Notes: a model not told the origin generated them from the sequence alone. Shown: positions 51,418 to 60,389, counted from the stretch's first letter. The stretch is DNA of 64,000 nucleotides from an uncultured cyanobacterium (GCA_963803805.1 CAWDOD010000008.1:85621-149620), one strand, 5' to 3'. A program made the numbers and translations.

Positions 51418-52155
51418 TTGTTTAATCATAACTGGTTCTCTTTTCCCTCCCCCCCCTTAAATTATTTGCCCCCTCCAAACCAAAAATTAGCGGAAATTCC
51501 CGCCTGGGAAAATCAAGAGAATAGCCAACTGTGGTTGTTTTTTGGGGCTTCTGCCTTCCTTGTTTCCATACCCGTTTTTGTCCAAGCACCTTTAGTACGT
51601 CAGTTACCTTGGGTTAGTTTGTTGTTAACATTAGGTTGGTTAGCTATTTCTTGGCAATTATTTAAACATCGCTCTACTCAAGTTTGGGGAGATTTGCTCC
51701 TTGGATTTAGCTGGAGTTGGTTAGCTGGCTCAATTTATTGGGGTTGGTTGCGTTGGGAACCTCTTGTTCACTTACCCATTGAAGCCATTGGTTTACCATT
51801 CGCTCTTTGGTGTCTGTGGCGAGGTCAAGCTACCGTTGGCAGTTTATTCTACCTAGGGTCTTTATTTGGCACTGCTATTACTGATATATACTTTTACTTG
51901 ACAGGCTTAATACCTTACTGGCGGCAAGTTATGCAAGTAGAACCGGATTTAGTTGCGCCCATCTTCCAAAGCGCTATTTTACAGGTACAAAATACCTGGG
52001 GTTTAACTTGTGCTGCTATTTTAGTAAGTTTATTATTGGGGGTCGGTCTTTGGTCTTTACAAAGACTAAGAGTTAGTTGGTGGGCGTTCGGAGGTGCAGT
52101 ATTGAGTACAATTGTTGTAGATACTCTATTTTGGGTAGCCGCATCTACCGTTTAA
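51418..52155 (+). CDS. DUF3120 family membrane protein
   Basis: FLVSIPVFVQAPLVR..P, GFSWSWLAGSIYWGWLR.EP..HLPIEA. Confidence 0.85.
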   Translation: MFNHNWFSFPSPPLNYLPPPNQKLAEIPAWENQENSQLWLFFGASAFLVSIPVFVQAPLVRQLPWVSLLLTLGWLAISWQLFKHRSTQVWGDLLLGFSWSWLAGSIYWGWLRWEPLVHLPIEAIGLPFALWCLWRGQATVGSLFYLGSLFGTAITDIYFYLTGLIPYWRQVMQVEPDLVAPIFQSAILQVQNTWGLTCAAILVSLLLGVGLWSLQRLRVSWWAFGGAVLSTIVVDTLFWVAASTV

Positions 52156-52260
52156 AGCTAGCTGCGAAGTAAAGATAGCCAAGATTCCGGAATATCTTCT
52201 CTAACCCCAGAAGATATCCAAAGATAAAACCTACTTTAACCCGTCATCGATCGGACACCT

Positions 52261-53262
52261 GTGGTGGCTCTCGGACGCACTCCTTACTTACTTTTACATA
52301 CAGTTACTGGCGAGCGCTATCTACCCCTGGTAGGTGGTAATTGTTGGACAGTTGGTCGCAGTGACGACAACCATTTTGTGATCCCCGATCGCTGGATCTC
52401 TCGTAACCACGCTATGTTGCAATGTACAGAAGCGGGGGACTTTTATTTAATTGATTTAGGCGCAAGAAATGGTTCTTTTGTCAATGGTCGCCGGGTCAGT
52501 GTGCCAGTTATTTTACACAATAGCGATCGCCTAACCTTTGGGCAAACAGAACTAGAATTTTATTATCCTAACGATCCTAGCAAAGCCGAAGATAACAAAA
52601 AAGAAGACGGCGAAACCCTAACTTCCACCATGGTAGTGCGGCGTTTGATGTCTGTTATGGTGGTTGATATTCGCAACTTTACCGTCCTCTCCCAGAAGAT
52701 CGATGAAAACATCCTCGCTTCACTAATTGGTAGTTGGTTTCGTGATGCAGGAAATATTATTCGCCATTCTGGAAGTTGGGTAGATAAGTATATTGGCGAT
52801 GCAGTAATGGCAATTTGGTTTCATCGTCAAGAAGAAATTGACAAAGAAGATGTGGTACAAATCTTTCGGGCAGTGAGCGATCTTAATAAAATGACCAACT
52901 ATCTTAATAGTCAATATCCCCTACCCTTTCCTTTGCGTATTGGTGCTGGGATTAATACTGGCTATGCCATGGTGGGTAACTATGCCGGCAGAGGCGATCG
53001 CCCAGATTACACAGCTATTGGTGATACAGTTAATGCTGCTTTTCGCTTAGAATCAGCAACCAAAGAAATTGGCTTAGATATCGCATTAGGGGATAAAACC
53101 TATAGCCACCTATCGGATATGGGCATAGCAGAGCAAAGATTTCAAAAACACATCGTTAAGTTAAAAGGCTTTGATGAAGAAACAGTTACCTATGCTTGCT
53201 CTTTTGAAGACTTAGATTTCTTTTTGTTAGATGATTTCAGAAGGAATATTACTTTAGGTTAA
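52261..53262 (+). CDS. FHA-domain class III adenylate cyclase (Cya1-like)
   Basis: FHA: GR...SRNHA...NG; cyclase: VDIRNFT, DKYIGDAVMA, GDTVNAAFRLE. Confidence 0.93.
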   Translation: MVALGRTPYLLLHTVTGERYLPLVGGNCWTVGRSDDNHFVIPDRWISRNHAMLQCTEAGDFYLIDLGARNGSFVNGRRVSVPVILHNSDRLTFGQTELEFYYPNDPSKAEDNKKEDGETLTSTMVVRRLMSVMVVDIRNFTVLSQKIDENILASLIGSWFRDAGNIIRHSGSWVDKYIGDAVMAIWFHRQEEIDKEDVVQIFRAVSDLNKMTNYLNSQYPLPFPLRIGAGINTGYAMVGNYAGRGDRPDYTAIGDTVNAAFRLESATKEIGLDIALGDKTYSHLSDMGIAEQRFQKHIVKLKGFDEETVTYACSFEDLDFFLLDDFRRNITLG

Positions 53263-53276
53263 ATTTTAGTACCGCG

Positions 53277-54638
53277 ATGTTTCTCCTCTTACCATTTTTA
53301 CCTACTCCCCAACTTATCGCTCAAACTCCTCCCCCTCAAGAAATTGTGCAGCCTCAAGAAGTTCGTCCTTTACCTGGACAGTTAGATAATATCCCGGTTT
53401 TTAATAGCAATAGTCCAGAATTGGTAGTAGAAGAAGGAATCTTACTTTCCACCTTTAACCCCGATCATAAAGCAACCCCAGAAGCCCACTTAAATTTCCC
53501 CTTAGTAGGGCGTTTTGATATTTTCGCCCACCACGTTGCTAAAGCCCCAACTCCAGAAGATTTACGAACTCTTTATTTAGGCATTATTCTCCAAAATACC
53601 GAAGACAGGTCAGTAACAATCAATATTTGGCAAGCAGCAAGTTATCTAAGCCAACCTGATGCCCCATTTATTCCCCTCCCTTCCTTAGTGGAAAACGATC
53701 AAGGAGATGTTTATGCAGGGCCTGGTAGTCGAGTTATGCAAGATATCTTACGAGGGAAGCGTCAAGCCCTTTTCCCTGCCCAAATAACTATTCCTCCAGG
53801 GGAAACAGCTATGTTGTTGAACTTACCTATTCCTGTAAAAATCTTAGAACCTCCTATTAATGGTCGTTCTACCTATATGCGTCTTGAGAGTGATGGGGAA
53901 GTTTATGCTGCTAGTTTAGCTATGTATGCCCCTACAAACGAAGCGGGTAATGAACGAACACCCAGCAAAGCAGAATGGGAACAATTATTAGTAACAGGTA
54001 AATTAGCTACTCCCCGCGATCGCGCCCCAACTCCTCTAGGGACAGGACAAATTATTTATGGTAGAGTGGCTGGAGTTGCCCAAGGCTCTCGATGGCAAGC
54101 AACCCTAACTGACTCTTCACCAGGTTCTACAGCTTTAACAATCCCTATGCCAGGGAAAGCTATTTCCTACGGTTTAAGCACCTTAGAAGGGGGAACCTAC
54201 GGCACAGGGCAAAGTCAAAGCGCCCCTCTTTTAGTACGCTACCCTGATACGGCCTACAAAGCCCACGGTAACTATGGTATACAGTATAGTCTCAATTTGC
54301 CCCTGTACAACCCCAGTGATACGAATAAAACCGTCACCATCGCTTTACAAACCCCCCTTAAACAAGACCAACTTTCCGGGGGCTTACAATTCCTCGAACC
54401 GCCAGCCAAACAAGTATTTTTCCGGGGAACCGTAAAAGTTCGCTATCGCAATGAAGCAGGTATAGTCCGCAGCCATTATTATCATTTAGTTCAACATCGT
54501 GGGCAACAAGGAGAACCCCTTGCTACAGTAACTATACCTCCTGGTCAACAGGATTTAGTTACCCTAGAGTTCCTCTACCCACCAGACTCTACCCCTCCCC
54601 AAGTCTTAACAATAAAAACTCCAATAACTGACAACTGA
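53277..54638 (+). CDS. DUF3370 family protein
   Basis: VRPLPGQLD..PVFNSNSPE, GILLSTF, SYLSQPDAPF, RYPDTAY.AHGNYG, FLYPPD.TPPQVLT. Confidence 0.88.
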   Translation: MFLLLPFLPTPQLIAQTPPPQEIVQPQEVRPLPGQLDNIPVFNSNSPELVVEEGILLSTFNPDHKATPEAHLNFPLVGRFDIFAHHVAKAPTPEDLRTLYLGIILQNTEDRSVTINIWQAASYLSQPDAPFIPLPSLVENDQGDVYAGPGSRVMQDILRGKRQALFPAQITIPPGETAMLLNLPIPVKILEPPINGRSTYMRLESDGEVYAASLAMYAPTNEAGNERTPSKAEWEQLLVTGKLATPRDRAPTPLGTGQIIYGRVAGVAQGSRWQATLTDSSPGSTALTIPMPGKAISYGLSTLEGGTYGTGQSQSAPLLVRYPDTAYKAHGNYGIQYSLNLPLYNPSDTNKTVTIALQTPLKQDQLSGGLQFLEPPAKQVFFRGTVKVRYRNEAGIVRSHYYHLVQHRGQQGEPLATVTIPPGQQDLVTLEFLYPPDSTPPQVLTIKTPITDN

Positions 54639-54663
54639 TCAGTAGCAAACAGCCAATAATTGC

Positions 54664-54691
54664 TTCGGGCTGATATAATAGCCCGAATTTC
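54664..54691. terminator. Hairpin downstream of the DUF3370 gene
   Basis: ttcgggct-gatataat-agcccgaa followed by tttc and an A-run. Confidence 0.5.
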
Positions 54692-54781
54692 AAAAAAAAG
54701 AAATCTACCAGGATTGCACTACCTAAAGAACGCATTGACTTATGCACACGAGGTAATTCCTGTGGAGAAATCCCCTGGCAG

Positions 54782-55228
54782 ATGAGAGATTTTTGGTATT
54801 GGCTAGGTATTTTTGGGCCTTTTCTAACCTGGATAATTTTGTTGATTTGGATGTGTCAAAATTATCTGACTTATCCTCCTGATCCGAATATTACGGTTCC
54901 TGATTTAGCAGGACATAATTTAGAGGGAGAACTTCAAGGTAATTTTCTTTTTTCCCTTATAGAGTTAGTGGGTTTCTACTTTTTTCTACGCCCCTTGTCA
55001 TCCCGCTATCTATTAAAACGTATTTTCTTAACTTTGTTAATTTTCTTCCCTTGGATGGTCTTATGGCTAGTACTATCTTTCCATTCTGGTGGAGTTACTT
55101 TTCTGCGTTGGATGTGGCTTTTTCTACTTAATATAGGTTTGTTAATTGGGTTAGTTGGGGCGATCGCCTATCCATCAAGGAGAATGAGGAAGACGAGGAG
55201 GCAAGGAGATAGGGAGATAGGGAGATAG
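54782..55228 (+). CDS. Hypothetical 4-TM membrane protein
   Basis: 148-aa ORF with four hydrophobic segments. Confidence 0.7.
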   Translation: MRDFWYWLGIFGPFLTWIILLIWMCQNYLTYPPDPNITVPDLAGHNLEGELQGNFLFSLIELVGFYFFLRPLSSRYLLKRIFLTLLIFFPWMVLWLVLSFHSGGVTFLRWMWLFLLNIGLLIGLVGAIAYPSRRMRKTRRQGDREIGR

Positions 55229-55269
55229 CTTTAACTATTAGCGACTAGCAACTAGCAAATAGCCAGAAG

Positions 55270-55527
55270 TTATTTTTCCAAACGCACAGCATACCATTGT
55301 AGATATTTTCCTGTCCCAACATCTAACTCACAATAATTTTCCATCAGATGCTTTGCTTGGGCTTCGGCAGAATCAAATTTAAGCAATTCTCGTGGTACAT
55401 CTTCTGGTTGTTGGGTCAAAATAGCTTCAAGCTTGGCAAGTAACTCTTCTGGAGTGAGAAATTCTTCTTCGCGATCGCTTTCTAAGACAACATATGCGTC
55501 TTCTTGATACATAATTGAGTCGGGCAT
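55270..55527 (-). CDS. crr7: Chlororespiratory reduction 7 (CRR7/DUF3571) NDH-1 assembly factor homologue
   Basis: Start MPDSIMYQED at 55527; YVVLE...EEFLT.EEL..KL, CELD.G....LQWYAVRLEK. Confidence 0.88.
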   Translation of the reverse strand: MPDSIMYQEDAYVVLESDREEEFLTPEELLAKLEAILTQQPEDVPRELLKFDSAEAQAKHLMENYCELDVGTGKYLQWYAVRLEK

Positions 55528-55550
55528 AATTATTTCAAGCTCTAAACAAT

Positions 55551-55967
55551 GAATGAAAGTAGACAGAGATGCCACAATAATAGTTAATAAAATCAGAGGT
55601 TAGCTATCAAGAAGCAGATGCAACCGCAGCACAAGTAGTTAAGCAGATTAATTCTCCCGCATATAAAGGTTCTGTGCAACGGGAAGCTTTACCAGAAGAA
55701 GAAGAAAATCCTCTTCAAGCAAAGTTAGAATCTACTGTACAACGTGAAGCTTTACCGGAAGAAGAAGAAGAACTTCAGATGAAACCGGAGTCTACTCTTC
55801 AACGTAAGCCAGGAGAAGAATTAGAATCCTCTATTGAACAATCACGGGGCGGTGGATAGCCTTTAAGTAATAATATTCGTGGCCCGATGGAAGAGTCTTT
55901 TGGAGCAGATTTGAGCGGTGTCAACATTCATACTGATAGTCAATCAGATCAACTTAATCAGTCAATC
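55551..55967 (+). pseudogene. Cassette B: decayed DUF4157-family copy
   Basis: Shared leader joins directly to caagaagcagat (QEAD); in-frame TAG at 55857-55859; similarity stops mid-DUF4157 at ~55967. Confidence 0.88.
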
Positions 55968-56046
55968 ATAGCTTGCCGCTTTAATCAGATATATTTCGTT
56001 CTAAATTGCAATCTTAGCAAAATAAATATATTTATGAAATACAGAA

Positions 56047-56811
56047 ATGGGATACCTAACCTCTGATTTTTTACCAGATTTACCAATCAATGAATCACTT
56101 CAAGAATTGCGGTTTCATCTTAGAGAATTATATTACGATCTGCTCAGTGAAATTAAAGAGGCTAAAGCTTTATCTACATTTGTCCCTCGTAATAAATCTG
56201 AATATTACCATCTCCGAAGTAAATTAGTAGACATTTCTACTGGAGCAGAACATTATGTTTGCTATCATCTTGTCAAAGCTCTAAAACTAGCCTACGAAGA
56301 ACTTTCTCTATCATCTTTAAGCGATATATTGTCACAAATAACCTGTCAGGAATTAGAAGAAAATGAGGGTGATTCTACCCTCTCTCCTGAACAGATTACT
56401 CAGCATACTTTAGACTTCCGAAAAGAGGTCAAAGAACTTCTATCCCAATTATGTTTATCTTTAAATATAGTCAGCCGTTTTGTTGAGAATGAAAGATTAG
56501 TCAAAGAAGCAAAGGACTTGGAAACCGAACTTATACAACTCTCTGAAATTCTTGCTGGGAAAGTTTTGCCCCAATCACAGCAACTGTATCAGAAGACAGT
56601 TTTACTCTATAAAAGTGTTGCCCCCGAAGAAGTTGCCCAAGAAGAATATTGGCAGAATTTGTCTATTCCCTTACATGAAGAAACTCATCCCCTAGCTCGT
56701 AATTTAGAGCATTGTCCAAGATGTAGAGCAGTACTTACCAGAGAAGATCGTACTTTTGACGGTTCATTTTGTGAATCATGTCGCACTAGATGGGATGAAC
56801 CTAGTGAATAG
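56047..56811 (+). CDS. Hypothetical helical protein with C-terminal CxxC...CxxC zinc ribbon
   Basis: 254-aa ORF ending CPRC-x15-CESC. Confidence 0.75.
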   Translation: MGYLTSDFLPDLPINESLQELRFHLRELYYDLLSEIKEAKALSTFVPRNKSEYYHLRSKLVDISTGAEHYVCYHLVKALKLAYEELSLSSLSDILSQITCQELEENEGDSTLSPEQITQHTLDFRKEVKELLSQLCLSLNIVSRFVENERLVKEAKDLETELIQLSEILAGKVLPQSQQLYQKTVLLYKSVAPEEVAQEEYWQNLSIPLHEETHPLARNLEHCPRCRAVLTREDRTFDGSFCESCRTRWDEPSE

Positions 56812-56827
56812 ATTCATCTCTTCGGTT

Positions 56828-56979
56828 TAAAATGCTTCCTTCCTTGTAAAGCCACTTATTGGTACTTTCAACATTAACAACCAATAACTAAACAATTAGA
56901 CTTCTAGATAATGAACTAAAGTAGACGAAGATGTCACAATAATAATTAATCAATTTGAGATTAGAATCAGAGGTTAGCT
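56828..56979 (+). promoter_or_regulatory. Conserved non-coding leader of the cassette family
   Basis: Aligns with 59416-59567, 55551-55607 and (reverse strand) ~46872-46957. Confidence 0.7.
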
Positions 56980-58752
56980 ATGCGTACCCGAACTCACCTC
57001 CAGAAAAAAAGTTTTTCTAAGTCTGCTGTTAAACCTAGACAAAGAAAGCTTAACTCCCTTCCTGACACTGTTCAAGCTAAACCTCAAAGACTGTCTTTGG
57101 AAGAGATGGAGATCAGCCGGAAAAATGCAGAACGTCTGGGAGATTATATGGTTGATTTTTCTAAATCTGCCCCAGCCCAAGCAATTCAAACTAAGCTTAC
57201 CATCGGTGAGGTAGGGGACAAGTACGAACAAGAAGCAGATGCTACCGCAGTACAAGTAGTTAAGCAGATTAATTCTCCCGCATATAAAGGTTCTGTGCAA
57301 CGGGAAGCTTTACCAGAAGAAGAAGAAAATCCTCTTCAAGCAAAGTTAGAATCTACTATACAACGCGAAGCTTTGCCAGAAGAAGAAGAAGAACTTCAGA
57401 TGAAACCGGAGTCTACTCTTCAACGTAAGCCAGGAGAAGAATTAGAATCCTCTATTGAACAATCACGGGGTAATGGACAGCCTTTAAGTGACAACATTCG
57501 TGGCCCCATGGAAGAATCCTTTGGAGTGGATTTTAGCGGCGTTACCGTCCATACAGATAGTCAATCAGATCAACTTAATAAGTCAATTCAAGCAAGGGCT
57601 TTTACCACGGGGCAAGATGTCTTTTTCCGTCAAGGGGCATATGATCCGAGCAGTAAAGGTGGACAGGAATTGATTGCCCACGAATTAACCCATGTCGTTC
57701 AACAGAATGCAACTGGCTCTCTTCAGCCCAGTATTCAGCGATATTATACTAACAGCGATTTCCGTTTTGCTGACGATGGTAAGATGGGTGTTCATCAAGA
57801 TAGTACGATCGGTGGTCAAACGGCCTATGCTACTCCAGACTTGATCAAAGATGCTGGTGATAAACTAAAAGCTGCAACTTCTGTAATTGGGCTAAAGCCC
57901 GGAAAAATTTCCAGTCAAATCCCCGATATAAGTGGAAAAAAACATAATGTTGTGGATGTAGTTCCTGTCAACACACAGAACAACACAGAAGACACAGATA
58001 TGGAGCTATGGGCTGATTGTGGGCGATCGGCTAAAACTGTCTCCGGTATGGATCAAGGAACAGGACAAGGAAATGCTAGTCCTGGTGCAAAATATAGCAA
58101 AGACGGTAAAACAAAGACCGTAACTGGCAATGACTGGATGGAAATTCAAAAAGTGAAAATGTTTAAAGGCCTTTTCAGTCAAAAAAATTCTTGGTGGGAG
58201 TTTTGGAAACCGCAATATGAAAGCAAGTTAGATATCAAAACTATTGATAAAAAACTTAGTGATTACAACAAGTTAAAGCAAGATTGGATCAAGGAAAAAG
58301 ATGATGTCAAGAAAAACAACCTAAGTAGAGGAATGGCTCAATTAGCTTCTGAACTTGACGTTTTAGCCCGTGCAGAGTATGAGAAGTTAGATCCTCAAGC
58401 TAAAGATGATTTTGACAAAAAAGCAGGCATCAATATGTATGCAGACCCCCAAATTGGTGAAGCTTTTCATATCAGTACAGGGGGTAAAGAGCATCCTAAT
58501 AAACCAGCCGATGTAGGAACTTGGAATTTCCATTGGGCTGGTGCTGCTATCAAGAGTGGTTCAGATACCATAACATTAGAAAATTATTCTGTTAGTGACT
58601 ACCAAGAAGAGAATAAAGATTGGGTTTTCCAAATGTATGGTGTAGGCAAAAAGGGACAATCCTTTCATGAAGAACATAAAGATGTTCATAAACAACACGG
58701 AGATTCACCTACTTCAATGGTTGCTGTAAGAAGACAATCCCAAGAAAAATGA
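56980..58752 (+). CDS. Cassette C: N-terminal module + QREALPEEEE repeats + DUF4157 (eCIS core domain) + unknown Cys/His C-terminal domain
   Basis: GQPL....R..ME..FG.DFS.V.VHTD...ARAFTTG.D.FF..G.Y.P....G..LIAHELTHVVQQ; C-terminal WADCG, WNFHWAG, TLEN. Confidence 0.9.
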   Translation: MRTRTHLQKKSFSKSAVKPRQRKLNSLPDTVQAKPQRLSLEEMEISRKNAERLGDYMVDFSKSAPAQAIQTKLTIGEVGDKYEQEADATAVQVVKQINSPAYKGSVQREALPEEEENPLQAKLESTIQREALPEEEEELQMKPESTLQRKPGEELESSIEQSRGNGQPLSDNIRGPMEESFGVDFSGVTVHTDSQSDQLNKSIQARAFTTGQDVFFRQGAYDPSSKGGQELIAHELTHVVQQNATGSLQPSIQRYYTNSDFRFADDGKMGVHQDSTIGGQTAYATPDLIKDAGDKLKAATSVIGLKPGKISSQIPDISGKKHNVVDVVPVNTQNNTEDTDMELWADCGRSAKTVSGMDQGTGQGNASPGAKYSKDGKTKTVTGNDWMEIQKVKMFKGLFSQKNSWWEFWKPQYESKLDIKTIDKKLSDYNKLKQDWIKEKDDVKKNNLSRGMAQLASELDVLARAEYEKLDPQAKDDFDKKAGINMYADPQIGEAFHISTGGKEHPNKPADVGTWNFHWAGAAIKSGSDTITLENYSVSDYQEENKDWVFQMYGVGKKGQSFHEEHKDVHKQHGDSPTSMVAVRRQSQEK

Positions 58753-59345
58753 AGTTAGAAACGGCTATCTTGAATTATTTATGGATAACAGGAGTAGTTA
58801 GCTTATATTTGTCAAGTTGCTCTCCATCTACATCATCACTATCTCAAAGTTCACTTACCAAAACTCCTGCTGAGGATACTGAAATGAACCACGATGAAAT
58901 TTTTTTACCAGTCAAAAAAAAAGCACCATCTTCGTCAGAATCTGAGGTATCGTCACGCTCTGAATTGTTACTGCCAGATTCTTATGATCAGGTTCAGAAC
59001 TTGCCATTAATCAATCAATTACAAAAGGTAGATACTTATGATGGGCAGCAAGTTCGCTTAGTTGGCAGATATGTAGAAAGTGATGTACGAATGAAACCGA
59101 CAGGAAAACCACGCTATGTGGGTCATGTTTCAATTGTGCTAGCTGATAACACTCATGTTGCTCTTTTCCCAGTTTGGCATAAAGATGCACGCAGACCTCA
59201 AGAAGAAATTGATAAATTTAAAGCTCACGAAGTTGAAGTGGTAGGAACTCTTCATCGTCAAGCACCTGTTGCTCCTTCTGGAGGTGCTAGTCCTCTAAGT
59301 CCATGCCTAACGGATACTAAAGCCCTTTATCTCTCTTCTGAATAA
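58749..59345 (+). CDS. Predicted lipoprotein translationally coupled to cassette C
   Basis: ATGA overlap; signal peptide with lipobox LSSC; Ser-rich linker; beta-rich domain (GQQVRLVG.Y...EVEVVGTL). Confidence 0.8.
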   Translation: MKLETAILNYLWITGVVSLYLSSCSPSTSSLSQSSLTKTPAEDTEMNHDEIFLPVKKKAPSSSESEVSSRSELLLPDSYDQVQNLPLINQLQKVDTYDGQQVRLVGRYVESDVRMKPTGKPRYVGHVSIVLADNTHVALFPVWHKDARRPQEEIDKFKAHEVEVVGTLHRQAPVAPSGGASPLSPCLTDTKALYLSSE

Positions 59346-59364
59346 TAAAGAAAATCCTTAAAGT

Positions 59365-59396
59365 GCGTTCGCGAAGCGTTGCTGTAGGCTTATCAC
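59365..59396. repeat. Degenerate SDR-like insertion in a HIP1-like site
   Basis: gcg-ttcgcgaagcgttgctgtaggctt-atcac; GC-rich island in an AT-rich intergenic region. Confidence 0.4.
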
Positions 59397-59567
59397 CTAT
59401 CCCTTCTTTAGCTGTAAAGTGCTTTCCTCCTCGTCAGGTAAGTTGTTGGTACTTCTCATATTAATAACTAATAACTGAATAATTAGACCTACCAGGTAAT
59501 GAATTAAAGTAGATAGAGATGGCACAATAATAATTAATCAAATCAACGTTAAAATCAGAGGTTAGCT

Positions 59568-60389
59568 ATGCGTACTCGAACTCACCTCCAGAAAAAAAGT
59601 TTTTCCAAGTCTGCTGTTAAACCTATACAAAGAAAGCTTAACTCCCTTCCTGACACTGTTCAAGCTAAACCTCAAAGACTGTCTTTGGAAGAGATGGAGA
59701 TCAGCCGGAAAAATGCAGAACGTCTAGGAGATCATATGGTTAACTTATCTGAATCTGCCCCAGCCCAAGCAATTCAAACTAAGCTTACCATCGGTGAGGT
59801 GGGGGACAAGTACGAACAAGAAGCAGACGCTACCGCAGCACAAGTAGTTAAGCAGATTAATTCTCCAGGGCAGAGTAATAATTCAGTTCAACGGGAGGCT
59901 TTACCTGAAGAAGAGGAAGCCGTTCAAATGAAATCAGAATCTACTGTGCAACGGGAAGCTTTACCAGAAGAAGAAGAAGAACTTCAGATGAAACCGGAGT
60001 CTACTCTTCAACGGGAAGCTTTGCCAGAAGAAGAAGAAGAACTTCAGATGAAACCGGAGTCTACTCTTCAACGTAAGCCAGGAGAAGAATTAGAATCCTC
60101 CATTGAACAATCACGGGGCAATGGACAGCCTTTAAGCGATAACATTCGTGGCCCCATGGAAGAGTCTTTTGGAGCAGATTTTAGTGGCGTTACTGTCCAT
60201 ACAGATAGCCAATCAGACCAACTCAATAAGTCAATTCAAGCACGAGCTTTTACAACGGGGCAAGATGTCTTTTTCCGTCAAGGGGCATATGATCCTAGCA
60301 GTCAAGGGGGACAGGAATTAATTGCCCATGAGTTAACCCATGTTGTGCAACAAAATGGTAGTGCTGTTCAGCCTAAGAATGAAGCCTAA
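59568..60389 (+). CDS. Cassette D: N-terminal module + 3 QREALPEEEE repeats + DUF4157, no C-terminal cargo
   Basis: Near-identical to the first ~245 aa of 56980..58752; stop 11 codons after HELTHVVQQ. Confidence 0.9.
   Translation: MRTRTHLQKKSFSKSAVKPIQRKLNSLPDTVQAKPQRLSLEEMEISRKNAERLGDHMVNLSESAPAQAIQTKLTIGEVGDKYEQEADATAAQVVKQINSPGQSNNSVQREALPEEEEAVQMKSESTVQREALPEEEEELQMKPESTLQREALPEEEEELQMKPESTLQRKPGEELESSIEQSRGNGQPLSDNIRGPMEESFGADFSGVTVHTDSQSDQLNKSIQARAFTTGQDVFFRQGAYDPSSQGGQELIAHELTHVVQQNGSAVQPKNEA
59886..60073 (+). repeat. Coding 60-nt tandem repeat (~3.1 copies)
   Basis: Lines 59881, 59941, 60001 and 60061 align with a 60-nt period. Confidence 0.9.

Noticed and set aside
59886-60073. 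Regularly spaced repeats as a CRISPR array
   Set aside because: Contiguous in-frame 60-nt coding units with no unique spacers and no cas genes.
55551-60389. Near-identical copies as DGR template/variable repeats
   Set aside because: No reverse transcriptase in the window; differences involve all bases and are mostly synonymous, not adenine-specific.
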